64,000 nt of DNA from Nannocystales bacterium (GTDB taxonomy: Bacteria; Myxococcota_A; Polyangia; Nannocystales; Nannocystaceae). Made by a program: the position numbers and the translations under genes. The stretch spans positions 384,001 to 448,000 of the forward strand of contig JBOEGF010000005.1 in the NCBI GenBank assembly GCA_050633305.1, given 5' to 3'. The notes beneath the pieces were generated by a model. That model saw nothing but the letters and a program-made list of their open reading frames with translations, was not told where the DNA came from and searched no databases. Of this stretch, positions 8,607 to 18,097 are shown piece by piece (within the stretch, counting starts at the first letter, position 1; each line of letters opens with the position of its first letter).

Positions 8607-9992
8607 CTACTCGTCCTGCAGCTTGAACTCGATCCGGCGGTTCTCTGCCCGCCCGGACTTCGTGTCGTTGTCGGCGATCGGCTCGTCTGGCCCCAAGCCC
8701 TTGGTCTCGATGCGAGATGAGTCGATCCCCGCATCCACGAAGTACTGCTTCACAGCGTCGGCCCGGCGCTCCGAGAGGTCCACGTTGGAGGTCCGCGATC
8801 CCACGGAGTCGGTGTGCCCCGAAACCTCGATACGAATCTCGGGGTACTTGTTGAGGACCCGAATCGCGCGCTTGAGCACCTTGTAGCTGTCGCGCCGGAT
8901 GGTGGCCTTGCCCGAGGCGAAGTTGATACCCTTGATGACGCCGTTGAACTCCTCGATCTCGGCGGGCCGTTCGTCGGGGCAGCCGTCCTTGTCCTTGAAC
9001 TTGTTGTAGTTCTCGGCCTCGTCCGGGCAGGAGTCGTCTCGGTTCATGATGCCATCGCCGTCGTCGTCGGGGATGGGACAGCCGCCGGGGTTGTCGCTCC
9101 ACTGCGTGGGACAGCGGTCGCGGCTGTCCGGAATTCCGTCGGCGTCGGAGTCCTTCTCCTTGGTGGGGCATCCGTCGTTGCCGTCTCCAGCCTCGTCCGG
9201 GCACACGTCGTAGAAGTCGGGAACGCCGTCGTCGTCGGAATCACTGCGTCGGCCGCCTCCCTTGCCGTTGCGAATGCGTTTGAACCGGAGCGTGACATCG
9301 AGGCCGAGCAAGAGCTCGCCGTGGTGGGCCCGCTCGCCGTCGTTGCCTCCGCCCTCGACGATGTGTCGGCCATCGAGTCGGAGCGCGATCCACTTGTTGA
9401 TGTGGGCCTTGACCCCGGGTCCCCAGTGGAAAACGCCCTCCGCGGCTTGCAGAAGCGGGTCACTTGAACGGATGCCGAGCAGGCCGCCGCCGAGGACGAG
9501 GGTGGGGGTGATGCGGTAGGGCAGCTGCCCGACGATATGACCGCGGAATGTCCAGAACGCGCCGTTGGTGTCGCGTTGCGGGGCTCGGGTGGGCATGGCG
9601 CCGCCTTCGAGGCCAATACCGACGAACCGGATCGGGAAGTACGTCGCACGACCGCCGATGTCGGCGTTGGTCTTGTTTACGAACGGTTGCGTGTCGACTC
9701 CCTGGTCGAACAGGCCGTGGTTGTCCGCCCGAAAGAACAATCCTCCGTACAGCCCGAGGTCGAGCTCGTTGTTCTCAGGGGCCCACCGTTGCATCCACGG
9801 CTTTTCGCGCTCCGCCTCGACCTCTTCGGACGCCTTCTTCTTTTTCTCAGCCTTCCCCAACGCCTTGCCCCCCTTTGCAGAGAATTCAACCTTTCCCTCC
9901 GCTGAAGGGGCGGCTCGAGCGGTCCCGGGAAGGAGTGCCGCGGAGGCGAGGGTGCAAAGCGTAGTTGGGAGCAGCGTTCGAAGGACGTTCAT
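8607..9992 (-). CDS. OmpA-family outer-membrane protein with thrombospondin type 3 repeats
   Basis: N-terminal barrel; DxDxDGxPDxxDxCP repeats; OmpA C-domain GHTD, LSERRA, NRRIEF. Confidence 0.92.
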   Translation of the reverse strand: MNVLRTLLPTTLCTLASAALLPGTARAAPSAEGKVEFSAKGGKALGKAEKKKKASEEVEAEREKPWMQRWAPENNELDLGLYGGLFFRADNHGLFDQGVDTQPFVNKTNADIGGRATYFPIRFVGIGLEGGAMPTRAPQRDTNGAFWTFRGHIVGQLPYRITPTLVLGGGLLGIRSSDPLLQAAEGVFHWGPGVKAHINKWIALRLDGRHIVEGGGNDGERAHHGELLLGLDVTLRFKRIRNGKGGGRRSDSDDDGVPDFYDVCPDEAGDGNDGCPTKEKDSDADGIPDSRDRCPTQWSDNPGGCPIPDDDGDGIMNRDDSCPDEAENYNKFKDKDGCPDERPAEIEEFNGVIKGINFASGKATIRRDSYKVLKRAIRVLNKYPEIRIEVSGHTDSVGSRTSNVDLSERRADAVKQYFVDAGIDSSRIETKGLGPDEPIADNDTKSGRAENRRIEFKLQDE

Positions 9993-10429
9993 GCGCGAGT
10001 ACCGTGGTCGTCCAGAGTCCTGCAAGCTCTAGACCGTCGTAGTCTACGCACGACACGCTCGGTTACCAAACTCAGCCGCTCTATCCTTGTCCCTTTGGGG
10101 CAGATTGGGACGGGGCCTGCCGATGTTGTCTCGGCATGAGTCGGATGTTCGGGGGCCGGTGTCCTGCGAAGGCAGGAGGTCCGACGGCCGACGCGAGGGG
10201 GATGACCGTCAGAACTCACCGTCGTCGAGGTCGGGTACGCCACGGCGCGGAGGTTCCGAGGACCGGCGTGCCTGGTGCGTCCTGGGCCCAACAGACCTCC
10301 GGGTGACGTTGGTGTATTTCAGTTCGCAGGATCGTCCGGAACGACCCCGCCAAGCACAGGATTTCCGTCGTCTGGGTTTGACGCAACACTCGCGCTGTTC
10401 CGAAGTTCTCGGTTCCGGCACAGTGAGGC

Positions 10430-10828
10430 ATGACCATCTCCGTCCTGGTTGTCGACGATGACGCGGACCTGCGTCGCGGGCTACGGGCACTGCTGGAGGT
10501 GCACGGTCTCGAGGTGCTCGATGCAGGCACGTTGCGCGAGGCGGATGCGCTGGCTCGTCTCTACGAGCCGGCCCTTCTGGTGGTGGACGGGGTGTTGCCC
10601 GACGGCAATGGAATCGAGTGGATTTCGATCCTCCGCTCGGAAGGTATGGCGACCGAGGTCATCTTCATGTCCAACATCCTCGCGAAGGGGCGGTGGCTCG
10701 GAGTTCTGGGAAAGCTTGGTGTCCGTCACCGGATCAACAAGCGGGAGACCCCGCTCGAGCGCATCGCAGAGATCGTGGTGCAGTCGATGCCGCTCAAGGG
10801 CCAGCATCGAATTGGGGACGACCCGTAG
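10430..10828 (+). CDS. Single-domain response regulator
   Basis: VLVVDDD, LLVVDGVLPDGNG, FMS, NK. Confidence 0.8.
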   Translation: MTISVLVVDDDADLRRGLRALLEVHGLEVLDAGTLREADALARLYEPALLVVDGVLPDGNGIEWISILRSEGMATEVIFMSNILAKGRWLGVLGKLGVRHRINKRETPLERIAEIVVQSMPLKGQHRIGDDP

Positions 10829-10851
10829 GGGACGGCCCCCCGGCTTCGGTC

Positions 10852-11970
10852 CTATCGTGAGAGCGTAAATCGCTGAACCTCGTTGCTCTCGGCGATGAGG
10901 ACGAGGTCGTGATTCGGCCCGACCAGTGCGACGCCCTCCCACTGGTTGGGCGAGAGCATCAGTTCGCCGAGAATGGTTCCATCGCCGGAGGGGTCGAGCT
11001 GAATCACGCGCGTCCCGGTGTGCGAGATGATCAACACGTTGCCGTCGCGTGCGTCGAATGCGATGCCCGCGAGGTCCAGAGAACTGCCGGAGCCGGGCAA
11101 GGCTTCGTCCGCGATGAACGGCTCCTCAACGGTGAGAGCGGCGTCGTTCCAGTCGAGGTCTTCGTCTGTCACGTCCGGCCGCGCGAAGCGGAAGAACCTG
11201 CGAGGGGCGTTGGGGTCCTGTCCCTCGCCCACAGCGTAGAACACCTCCGCTGCGGGGTCGTAGGTGATCCCTTCGAGTCCGTTGTTGCCGACCGGCGGTG
11301 GTGGCGCGAGTGTCAGCGTTTGTTTGACCGCGACGGAGACGCTTTCATCGCCATCGGGGACGTCGGCGATGTAGACGCCGTAGCCCCCCTCAAAGGCGAC
11401 CGCAACCTCGCCGCCGCCGAGGTAGGTGAGGCCTTCTGTGTCGTTCCCGTTGATCCCACCGAGGCTGATTGAGCGAATCGGGGCGGAGAAGTCGTCCGCG
11501 GGGTACTCGAAGAATCGTGCGGCGCCGTTCTGCACGACCCACACGCGGTCGGTGTCGTAGTTCCAGGTGACGCCAGACGCATCGTCTCCGGGCGCGGGGA
11601 GGGAGGTGGTGGGCCCGGCTTCTTCATACTCGGAGACGTTGACCGGGGTGTTGGACCCCGACGTTGCCTCGCCGGACCCAGTCGTTTCATCTCCGGAGGA
11701 AGAGCCGGTCTCGACGGAACTGGAGGCGGTTGTCGGGGCGTCCGTGCTGGTCCCGGAAGTGGAAGGGTCCTGACTCGTGGCGCTGGTGGCCCCCGTGGCC
11801 GTGGCGCCTGCGGACGAGCCCTCCGTAGGGTCGCCGGACGAGCTGTCGAACCCACCTGTCGATGCGGCCGCAGTCTCGGTGTTCCCGGAGGGGGTCTCTG
11901 CATCGTCGGCGCATGCGAGGAGCGCGACCGAGGGAAGAAGAAGGACGAAGACAGACCGTGACAAGCTCAT
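10852..11970 (-). CDS. SdiA-regulated/YjiK-like beta-propeller lipoprotein
   Basis: Lipobox LLAC; S/T-rich linker; SGVTWN, DTEGLTY, NNGLEGITYD, QWEGVAL blades. Confidence 0.75.
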   Translation of the reverse strand: MSLSRSVFVLLLPSVALLACADDAETPSGNTETAAASTGGFDSSSGDPTEGSSAGATATGATSATSQDPSTSGTSTDAPTTASSSVETGSSSGDETTGSGEATSGSNTPVNVSEYEEAGPTTSLPAPGDDASGVTWNYDTDRVWVVQNGAARFFEYPADDFSAPIRSISLGGINGNDTEGLTYLGGGEVAVAFEGGYGVYIADVPDGDESVSVAVKQTLTLAPPPPVGNNGLEGITYDPAAEVFYAVGEGQDPNAPRRFFRFARPDVTDEDLDWNDAALTVEEPFIADEALPGSGSSLDLAGIAFDARDGNVLIISHTGTRVIQLDPSGDGTILGELMLSPNQWEGVALVGPNHDLVLIAESNEVQRFTLSR

Positions 11971-12037
11971 GCGAGGACAAGACGTGCGGCGGAGTGCACA
12001 TGGCTCGTTTTTCTTGGACTCCGGCGGGGGGGGAGCG

Positions 12038-14128
12038 CTAGGGCGCATGCTCCACGTACGCGATGCCGCTGAGGCCTGCTTCGTACTCCGCCCGAACGGC
12101 GAAGCTGGAGCATCCGGAGTCGTCCACGAACACGAGCTGGGACTCAGGCACCGACGCGAGCTCCTGTTCCGCACCTCCGTCCATGCACGAGACTCTCCAG
12201 CCGATGACCGCATCTCGCCGCTCGCTGCTGTGGTGTTCCCAAGCCACGCGTTGGCCGTTCGGCACGGTCTTCACCCGGACGACCAAGGGGGGGATGAGGT
12301 CATCGAGGTAGCCCCAGAAGTACTCCGACATGGATTCTCCTTCGGCGGTTGCACCGCGATCGCCTCGAAGGTCCATCGTTCCACCACCCACGGTGATCGC
12401 CGCTGGGTTGTGGTAGCTCGCCATGTTGCGCGCGATGATGTCCTCGCCAGGGATGGGCCATCGTCTTGTCTGGGTCAACTCGTCGTACCCGTCGTCGCCG
12501 TAGAACGTGTCCGAACGCCCGCGAAAGTAGAGCTGGGATGAGGGAAGGTACTGAGGGGCCTCGCCCTGGTCGGCTGTTCCCGACACGTCCCAGAGCACGA
12601 CGCTGCTCGTCATGTCGATGTTGTCGAGGAATGCCGCGCCCTGGGTTCCACCTCCGAAGCCCCGTGCCAGGCCGAAGAACGAGTTCTCGACCCGGACCGG
12701 CTTGTCCGACTGAAGGAGCCATGCGCCGCAACGGTTGGACTGCGGGGTGCAGGTCCCCTCGGAGTCGTAGGAGACGATGTGGTCCCAGACATGGGTTCGT
12801 CCGGCGCCTTGGTCCATCAAGGATAGGGACAGGTCGTTGTTGACCGCGAGCAGACCCGAGGACGCCAACGTGGCGGGCATGCTCTCGCAGTTCGTCGCGG
12901 GAAACGCCGAGAGACCCGCGTAGTTGTTGTAGTGCGGGGCGGTCTCCGCGAGAGAATCGAACACCGTGTTGTCCTGACTGAGATGCTGGGCATCGCAGTA
13001 GTCGCTGAACCCACCGTACGGCTGGTCTCCGCGGTGTTCGTCCAGGCGGACGAGGGAACGCCGGGTGAGCGATGCATCGGAGGAGCGCGTCATGATCCCG
13101 TAGCGGTTGTGACCCCAGTCGTAGCTGTTCTGGATCAGGGGCGAGCCTCCGTTGACGCGGAGTCCGGCTTGCGAGCAAACGCCCTCGGATGCCTCCTGGA
13201 AGTTCGAGCAGGGGCGCCCTTCGGTCCCGGTCCCCTGAGTTCCCATGAAGTCCAGCAGGATGCGGGAGTCGGTAGAGGCCATGAAGGAGGCTCGCAGGGC
13301 GTCTCGTGAGACGAAACCAACGAGCGCGACGTACTGCGGCCCTTCGAGCTGAAACCCGTTCTTCTGGGTCGGAATGCCGTCGTGCGCCTCGCCGGTCACC
13401 TCGACACCACCGGGTGTGCGGGCGATGACCGTACTGAACTGCCCCGCGACTCCGGCGGTTGGGGTGGTTTCCTTGAAGGCGTTCTCGTAGCTCTCGTCGC
13501 CGCTCGTCGAGATCGGGTAGATGCCGTCGGGAAAGACGATCGTGTCACCGCTGGCCATCGTAAGGCTGGCGTCTCGAAGGTTTGGCGAGAGGCCGTCTTC
13601 CCCGGCAACCCGCAATCGGCTGCTGCCGGTGTTGTCCACGTGCACGACCATCGACGCGTAGGCCGAACCGGCGTAGTTGCTGCACTTGATGCGGATGTGA
13701 AACCCGCGGCCAAATGTGAGACCCGTCGTGTCCCATCGGATGTGGCCGGTTTCAGGGTCCACCTCGACATCGTCGTCGCCCAGGTCCTTTCGGCAGACCG
13801 CGACCTCGCCGTCGATGGTGGGTGTGAACTCGAACGTGTCGCCCAGGCGGACCTCGTGCAGCCCCATGTCCTCGATCGTGGGCGGCTGGGTGGGAACGGA
13901 GCCGTCCCCGGGGTCGGTGGCCGAGTCCGAGCTGTCTGCCCCCGTTTCGCCTGCGGACGAGGACGCGGACGCCGACCCTCCAGCTCCCTCTGTCTCGCTC
14001 GGGTTCGTGGCTGCAGAGCCCCCGGTGTCGGTTCCTCCCCCAAGCTGCTCATCGGAGGGGGATGAACACCCCGTGGCGAGGACTCCGAGTCCCAGGATCG
14101 TCGAGTACAGCGGGGTGCGGGCGTGCAT
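12038..14128 (-). CDS. Large lipoprotein: Ig-like domain plus probable right-handed beta-helix, function unknown
   Basis: Lipobox ATGC; VDPETGHIRW Ig-like strand; GDTIVFPDGIY beta-helix cap; several Cys pairs. Confidence 0.65.
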   Translation of the reverse strand: MHARTPLYSTILGLGVLATGCSSPSDEQLGGGTDTGGSAATNPSETEGAGGSASASSSAGETGADSSDSATDPGDGSVPTQPPTIEDMGLHEVRLGDTFEFTPTIDGEVAVCRKDLGDDDVEVDPETGHIRWDTTGLTFGRGFHIRIKCSNYAGSAYASMVVHVDNTGSSRLRVAGEDGLSPNLRDASLTMASGDTIVFPDGIYPISTSGDESYENAFKETTPTAGVAGQFSTVIARTPGGVEVTGEAHDGIPTQKNGFQLEGPQYVALVGFVSRDALRASFMASTDSRILLDFMGTQGTGTEGRPCSNFQEASEGVCSQAGLRVNGGSPLIQNSYDWGHNRYGIMTRSSDASLTRRSLVRLDEHRGDQPYGGFSDYCDAQHLSQDNTVFDSLAETAPHYNNYAGLSAFPATNCESMPATLASSGLLAVNNDLSLSLMDQGAGRTHVWDHIVSYDSEGTCTPQSNRCGAWLLQSDKPVRVENSFFGLARGFGGGTQGAAFLDNIDMTSSVVLWDVSGTADQGEAPQYLPSSQLYFRGRSDTFYGDDGYDELTQTRRWPIPGEDIIARNMASYHNPAAITVGGGTMDLRGDRGATAEGESMSEYFWGYLDDLIPPLVVRVKTVPNGQRVAWEHHSSERRDAVIGWRVSCMDGGAEQELASVPESQLVFVDDSGCSSFAVRAEYEAGLSGIAYVEHAP

Positions 14129-14211
14129 CGGGGAGTAGACGCCGGGCCACAGGGCGATGGCTCAAAAAACTCCGGGGGCCGGGAACGGCCGCAAACAGCG
14201 CGTGCCTGGCG

Positions 14212-16212
14212 CTAGAAGCTGAACACGAGCTCGCTTCGCACGCCTTCGAAGTCGGGCAGCGTGCGACATGAGCCGTTCACACAAACCCGCCCTCCGACCT
14301 GCCGACCGGCGAAGATTCGGATGAAACTGGAGCCCCAGAAGTTGATCTGTGCCTGCATGCCCGGCCAGAGATGAGGGCGGCACGTGGAGCCTGAGCCCCC
14401 GCTACATTCTTCGTCGGTCAGCGAAGGTTCACCAGGCGGTGTTGGAAGCTCGGTATCGAAACCCTGCAGGTAGGTGACCGAGAACCACGGGCTCATGCTG
14501 TAGCCGAATGTGAACAACCCGCGGAAGAAGTCCTCGCGTTGACCGACGGTCGCCAGGTTTTCCCAGCGTCCCTCTCCGCGGAAGGCCAGTGCGTGAACCA
14601 GGGCGCCTGTGCGGGCAACAGGGACGGTGACGTAGAACTCGGCATGGGGAAAGCGTCGCCGCAGTGCTCCTTCGCCCGGGGTCGGCTCGCGGAGCCACCG
14701 CTCGTACCGATAGCCGGCGGAGACCTGGGCGACGAGGTCGGACTTGGGCTTGCGAAAAATGATGCCACCAAAGTTGTGGGTTGCGAGCAGCCCTTCGCTG
14801 TCCTCGAGGCCAAACTGGTCCTGTCGTTCGTTCTGCGCATAGGCATAGGCGAGGGTGTTTCCAAACACCGTCAGTCCGCGTTCGCGCCACGTGTGGTCGA
14901 CGCGCATCCGTCCGCCGGTCGCGTTGAGGTTGCCCGGAACCTGCTGGTCTTCCCGCTCGAGTGTGGGATTCTCGGTGTACTGCAGCAGGGCGTTCTGGCC
15001 GACCGCCAGCAGGTAGTCGCGGTAATGTTTGCCCTCGACGAGGATGGTTGTCGTGCCCGTGTAAAACGTGTTCGAGCTGTAGAGGCTGTACCCGTTGTAG
15101 CCCTGGGATTCGAATTCGGTTCCTGCCAGGTTCGGGTTCCGCATCAGGCCGCTCGCGCCGACGAACGTGTCCCAGACGCCTCCGATCCGAGCGCGGCCGA
15201 TGTCGCCTCCGAACTGATGCAGGTACTCGTCGATGACCCCCGCCGTCACCTCGTCGCCAAAGTCGAGGTAGACGTAGTTCGCTCCCACATCGACGCGTCC
15301 GGGCAACGGAACCTCGACGCGGCCGCCCGCAAGGAAGTCCGAGCACACCGTCCACAACGGGTTGCCCGTATCGGGGTCGATGGCCCCATCGACGTCGCAT
15401 CCGGCTTCGTTGGCGTCTTGACTGAAGGTATAGGACTTGGCGGGGTACCCGGGGTCGGAGATCAGTTGGCGTGTGGCGAAGTCGCTGTTCTGGCGGTTGG
15501 CGAAGCCCGCGATCGCGGTCGCGCGGATGGGTTTGGTGCGGACATCGACTCGGCCACCTTTGATGGTTGCGTCGACCCCGATCTCGTCGATCTTCCGGAC
15601 GGACAGGCCCAACCCGCGCCCCATGTTGACGTTGAAGTCCCCGCCGTACGCGCTGACGTGTTTGGTGTCGAGTCGGACCGTGGCTCGCTCGAGTCTGACG
15701 TCGCCCTCCACGGGAACACATGTGCCCATCGCCTCGGAGCAGCCCCTGTCTTCGGTGAACCAGATGTTCTGCGAGTCCAGTCGGAACTGAGTGCCGAGAG
15801 TGGCTCGTTTCATCCTCGTGTCCTGGCCGAGGTTGAGGCGGTTCACGAGGGAGACGAAGTTGTCGTCAGAACCCTCGGTGTTGTAGTTCTCGCGGTACCA
15901 CTCCGTGTACAGCGTGTTGCGGACCCAGGGCTGCACGACGGCTCCGCTCGCGGCCTCGAGCTTGGGGATGCGGGGGTTGAAGCTCTTCTTGGCCGACCGC
16001 CGAGCGTTGTCCGGCACGGGTTGCGCAGGGGGGGACGGGGACGTACCCGAGGAAGGCGGTGCGCCTGGTTTGGCGGGGGCGGTCTGGGCCGGAGGTTCGG
16101 GGGCTCCACGGACCTGCATCGGGCCACTGTATTGGCGTGCATCGTCTGGCGCGCCCCGGGCGACGGAGGGCGCCAGGAGGATGGCGACCCCGAGCACGCA
16201 ACGCAGAGTCAC
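14212..16212 (-). CDS. DUF6029-like outer-membrane beta-barrel protein
   Basis: Signal peptide; GRGLGLS; C-terminal GRQVGGRVCVNGSCRTLPDFEGVRSELVFSF ending in Phe. Confidence 0.72.
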   Translation of the reverse strand: MTLRCVLGVAILLAPSVARGAPDDARQYSGPMQVRGAPEPPAQTAPAKPGAPPSSGTSPSPPAQPVPDNARRSAKKSFNPRIPKLEAASGAVVQPWVRNTLYTEWYRENYNTEGSDDNFVSLVNRLNLGQDTRMKRATLGTQFRLDSQNIWFTEDRGCSEAMGTCVPVEGDVRLERATVRLDTKHVSAYGGDFNVNMGRGLGLSVRKIDEIGVDATIKGGRVDVRTKPIRATAIAGFANRQNSDFATRQLISDPGYPAKSYTFSQDANEAGCDVDGAIDPDTGNPLWTVCSDFLAGGRVEVPLPGRVDVGANYVYLDFGDEVTAGVIDEYLHQFGGDIGRARIGGVWDTFVGASGLMRNPNLAGTEFESQGYNGYSLYSSNTFYTGTTTILVEGKHYRDYLLAVGQNALLQYTENPTLEREDQQVPGNLNATGGRMRVDHTWRERGLTVFGNTLAYAYAQNERQDQFGLEDSEGLLATHNFGGIIFRKPKSDLVAQVSAGYRYERWLREPTPGEGALRRRFPHAEFYVTVPVARTGALVHALAFRGEGRWENLATVGQREDFFRGLFTFGYSMSPWFSVTYLQGFDTELPTPPGEPSLTDEECSGGSGSTCRPHLWPGMQAQINFWGSSFIRIFAGRQVGGRVCVNGSCRTLPDFEGVRSELVFSF

Positions 16213-16216
16213 CCGA

Positions 16217-16735
16217 TCAGCCTGGGCGGAGCACGGTTTCGAGGAAGGCTGCGAGGTCTTCGGTGTCGCCGGTCATGTATCCCTGGTGCTCCTTGAGGAC
16301 CTTGCCCGTCGCGTCGAGGACAACGTAGTACGGGATCTCGCCTCGGGGATTGAAGCGCGTGAGGACCTGAGTCTCGCGGTCGAGGAGGACCGGGAATTCG
16401 TAGCCTTCCCGCTCCGCCCACGGCCCGACTTGCGCAGCGGTATCAGGGCCGTCGATGGAGATCGCATAGATCTCCAGGCCACGATCTCTCATGCCCGGAT
16501 ACATCTTGTTCATCTTGGTCAGCTCTTGCTGACACGGCTGGCACCACGTGGCCCAGAACGCGAGCACAAACACGTCATCATCAGCCGCAGCGGTGGGAGT
16601 GACCATCGCGCCTTGGAGGTTGGGGAGCGCCAGGTCGATGCCGCCGGAACCGCCGGGGCTGGAGGAGCCGGGCGCGCCTGATCCTGCGCAGCCGATCAAC
16701 GTCATCGCGAGGAGCATCGGCAGGAAACGGCGCAT
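16217..16735 (-). CDS. TlpA-family thiol-disulfide reductase lipoprotein
   Basis: Lipobox LIGC; FWATWCQPC; cis-Pro IP motif. Confidence 0.9.
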   Translation of the reverse strand: MRRFLPMLLAMTLIGCAGSGAPGSSSPGGSGGIDLALPNLQGAMVTPTAAADDDVFVLAFWATWCQPCQQELTKMNKMYPGMRDRGLEIYAISIDGPDTAAQVGPWAEREGYEFPVLLDRETQVLTRFNPRGEIPYYVVLDATGKVLKEHQGYMTGDTEDLAAFLETVLRPG

Positions 16736-17475
16736 CACGGCACCTCGTAGGGCGACGCCAGCACGGCGCCGATCTGGGTTCGAAGGACATCGAGTCCGAC
16801 CTTCTGTCCCTCGGACTTCCATCGGATGTTCCCGTTGGCATCGATGAGCATGTTGATCGGTGTCGCTGCCTGTGGATTCTGAAGGTACACGCCCGTCCAC
16901 GCGTTGGTCTGGTCGACCAAGACGGGGAATGCGAGGTCGAGTTCGATCTGGCGGTCTGCCCATTCTCCCGTGACCCAGTCCTCGCAGAAGGAACTGGTCG
17001 GGAGCTGCGAGGTCCAGTCTTGAAACATGACCTGGACGATCTCCAACCCCTGGCCTTCAAACTCCTCGTACAGCTCGGGGAACTCCAGGGTCTCCTCTTG
17101 GCAGGGCCCGCACCAGCCGGCTCCAATGTTGATCAACAGCGCCTTGTTGCCCGCCTCGGGGCACATGAAGCTGTCGAACTCGACGACATCGCCGTCGCAT
17201 CCCTCGAGGTTGAAGCCGAGCGTGTTGGCGAGGCGGTCACCGACGCCGGTGCCGTAGGGGCCCGCGGGGTATCCACATTGGCCGTCGGCAGCGCGGTCGA
17301 GTTGCGATTCGTCGAGGCTGGAGCCGTTGCCCGTCTCGGCCATGGTTTCCCCAGCGGTCGCTGCCCCGGTCTCGGGAGGGGGCGCACAAGCCGCGATGGA
17401 GGCACTCGCCCAAACAAGGATGGCTCGGCGGGTGGCCGAACGAGGGAGTCGAGGCATCATCCGTGGCAGTCGCAT
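16735..17475 (-). CDS. TlpA/redoxin-family lipoprotein
   Basis: IAAC lipobox; YPAGPYG; AGWCGPC; TP motif; start uncertain. Confidence 0.85.
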   Translation of the reverse strand: MRLPRMMPRLPRSATRRAILVWASASIAACAPPPETGAATAGETMAETGNGSSLDESQLDRAADGQCGYPAGPYGTGVGDRLANTLGFNLEGCDGDVVEFDSFMCPEAGNKALLINIGAGWCGPCQEETLEFPELYEEFEGQGLEIVQVMFQDWTSQLPTSSFCEDWVTGEWADRQIELDLAFPVLVDQTNAWTGVYLQNPQAATPINMLIDANGNIRWKSEGQKVGLDVLRTQIGAVLASPYEVP

Positions 17476-17577
17476 CGTTGGCTCTTGAGTGCACCTCATC
17501 GTACACGTGTTGCGCAAACCGGCGCCGGGGAGAGGTTTCCTGCGGCCCGGGCGTACAACGGGGCGCAGCTGCCGAGG

Positions 17578-18096
17578 TTACTTCTGTCCGTCAGGCCTGC
17601 GGGTCGACTCGGATCGTGGCTCGGCCGGCTCGAGCTGCGTTTCGAGGAACGCTTCCAGTTCCGCGACGCCGCTTGGGGAGTAGCCACGGCGGGTCTCGAT
17701 GCGCTCGCCCTCCGCATTGAACACCACGAGGTAGGGAATCGACGCGGTTGGAGAGAACCATGCGAATAAACCGGACCCGGACTCGATCAGAACGGGGAAG
17801 GCGTAGTGGTTGGACTGGACCCACGTCTCGACGTTGTCGAGCGTATCCGGGCCGTCGACCGAGATCGCATACAGCTCGAGACCGCGCGGGTGCAGTCGCA
17901 GGTACATCTCGTTCATCTCGGCCAGCTCCCGCTGGCACGGGCCGCACCACGTCGCCCAAAACGCGAGCACCACCACGTTGCCGTCCGAAAGCGGCGTGAC
18001 CTCGTTGCCGTCGAGGTCGGGCAGCGTGAAGTTGAGCGACGGCGCGCAGCCGGTCAGCCCGAGCAACGCGACAACGGCCAGACGTTGGGCCCGCAC
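17578..18096 (-). CDS. TlpA-family thiol-disulfide reductase lipoprotein
   Basis: LTGC lipobox; FWATWCGPC; clear paralog of 16217-16735. Confidence 0.9.
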   Translation of the reverse strand: MRAQRLAVVALLGLTGCAPSLNFTLPDLDGNEVTPLSDGNVVVLAFWATWCGPCQRELAEMNEMYLRLHPRGLELYAISVDGPDTLDNVETWVQSNHYAFPVLIESGSGLFAWFSPTASIPYLVVFNAEGERIETRRGYSPSGVAELEAFLETQLEPAEPRSESTRRPDGQK

Positions 18097-18097
18097 C

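Noticed and set aside
9993..10429. Possible small ORFs or ncRNA between ompA and the response regulator
   Set aside because: No convincing RBS, coding bias or recognisable RNA structure
14539..16296. Long antisense ORFs (also 37804-39714, 46965-49286, 27824-29188, 34998-36515 and others)
   Set aside because: Shadow frames overlapping well-supported genes in high-GC DNA; no recognisable motifs
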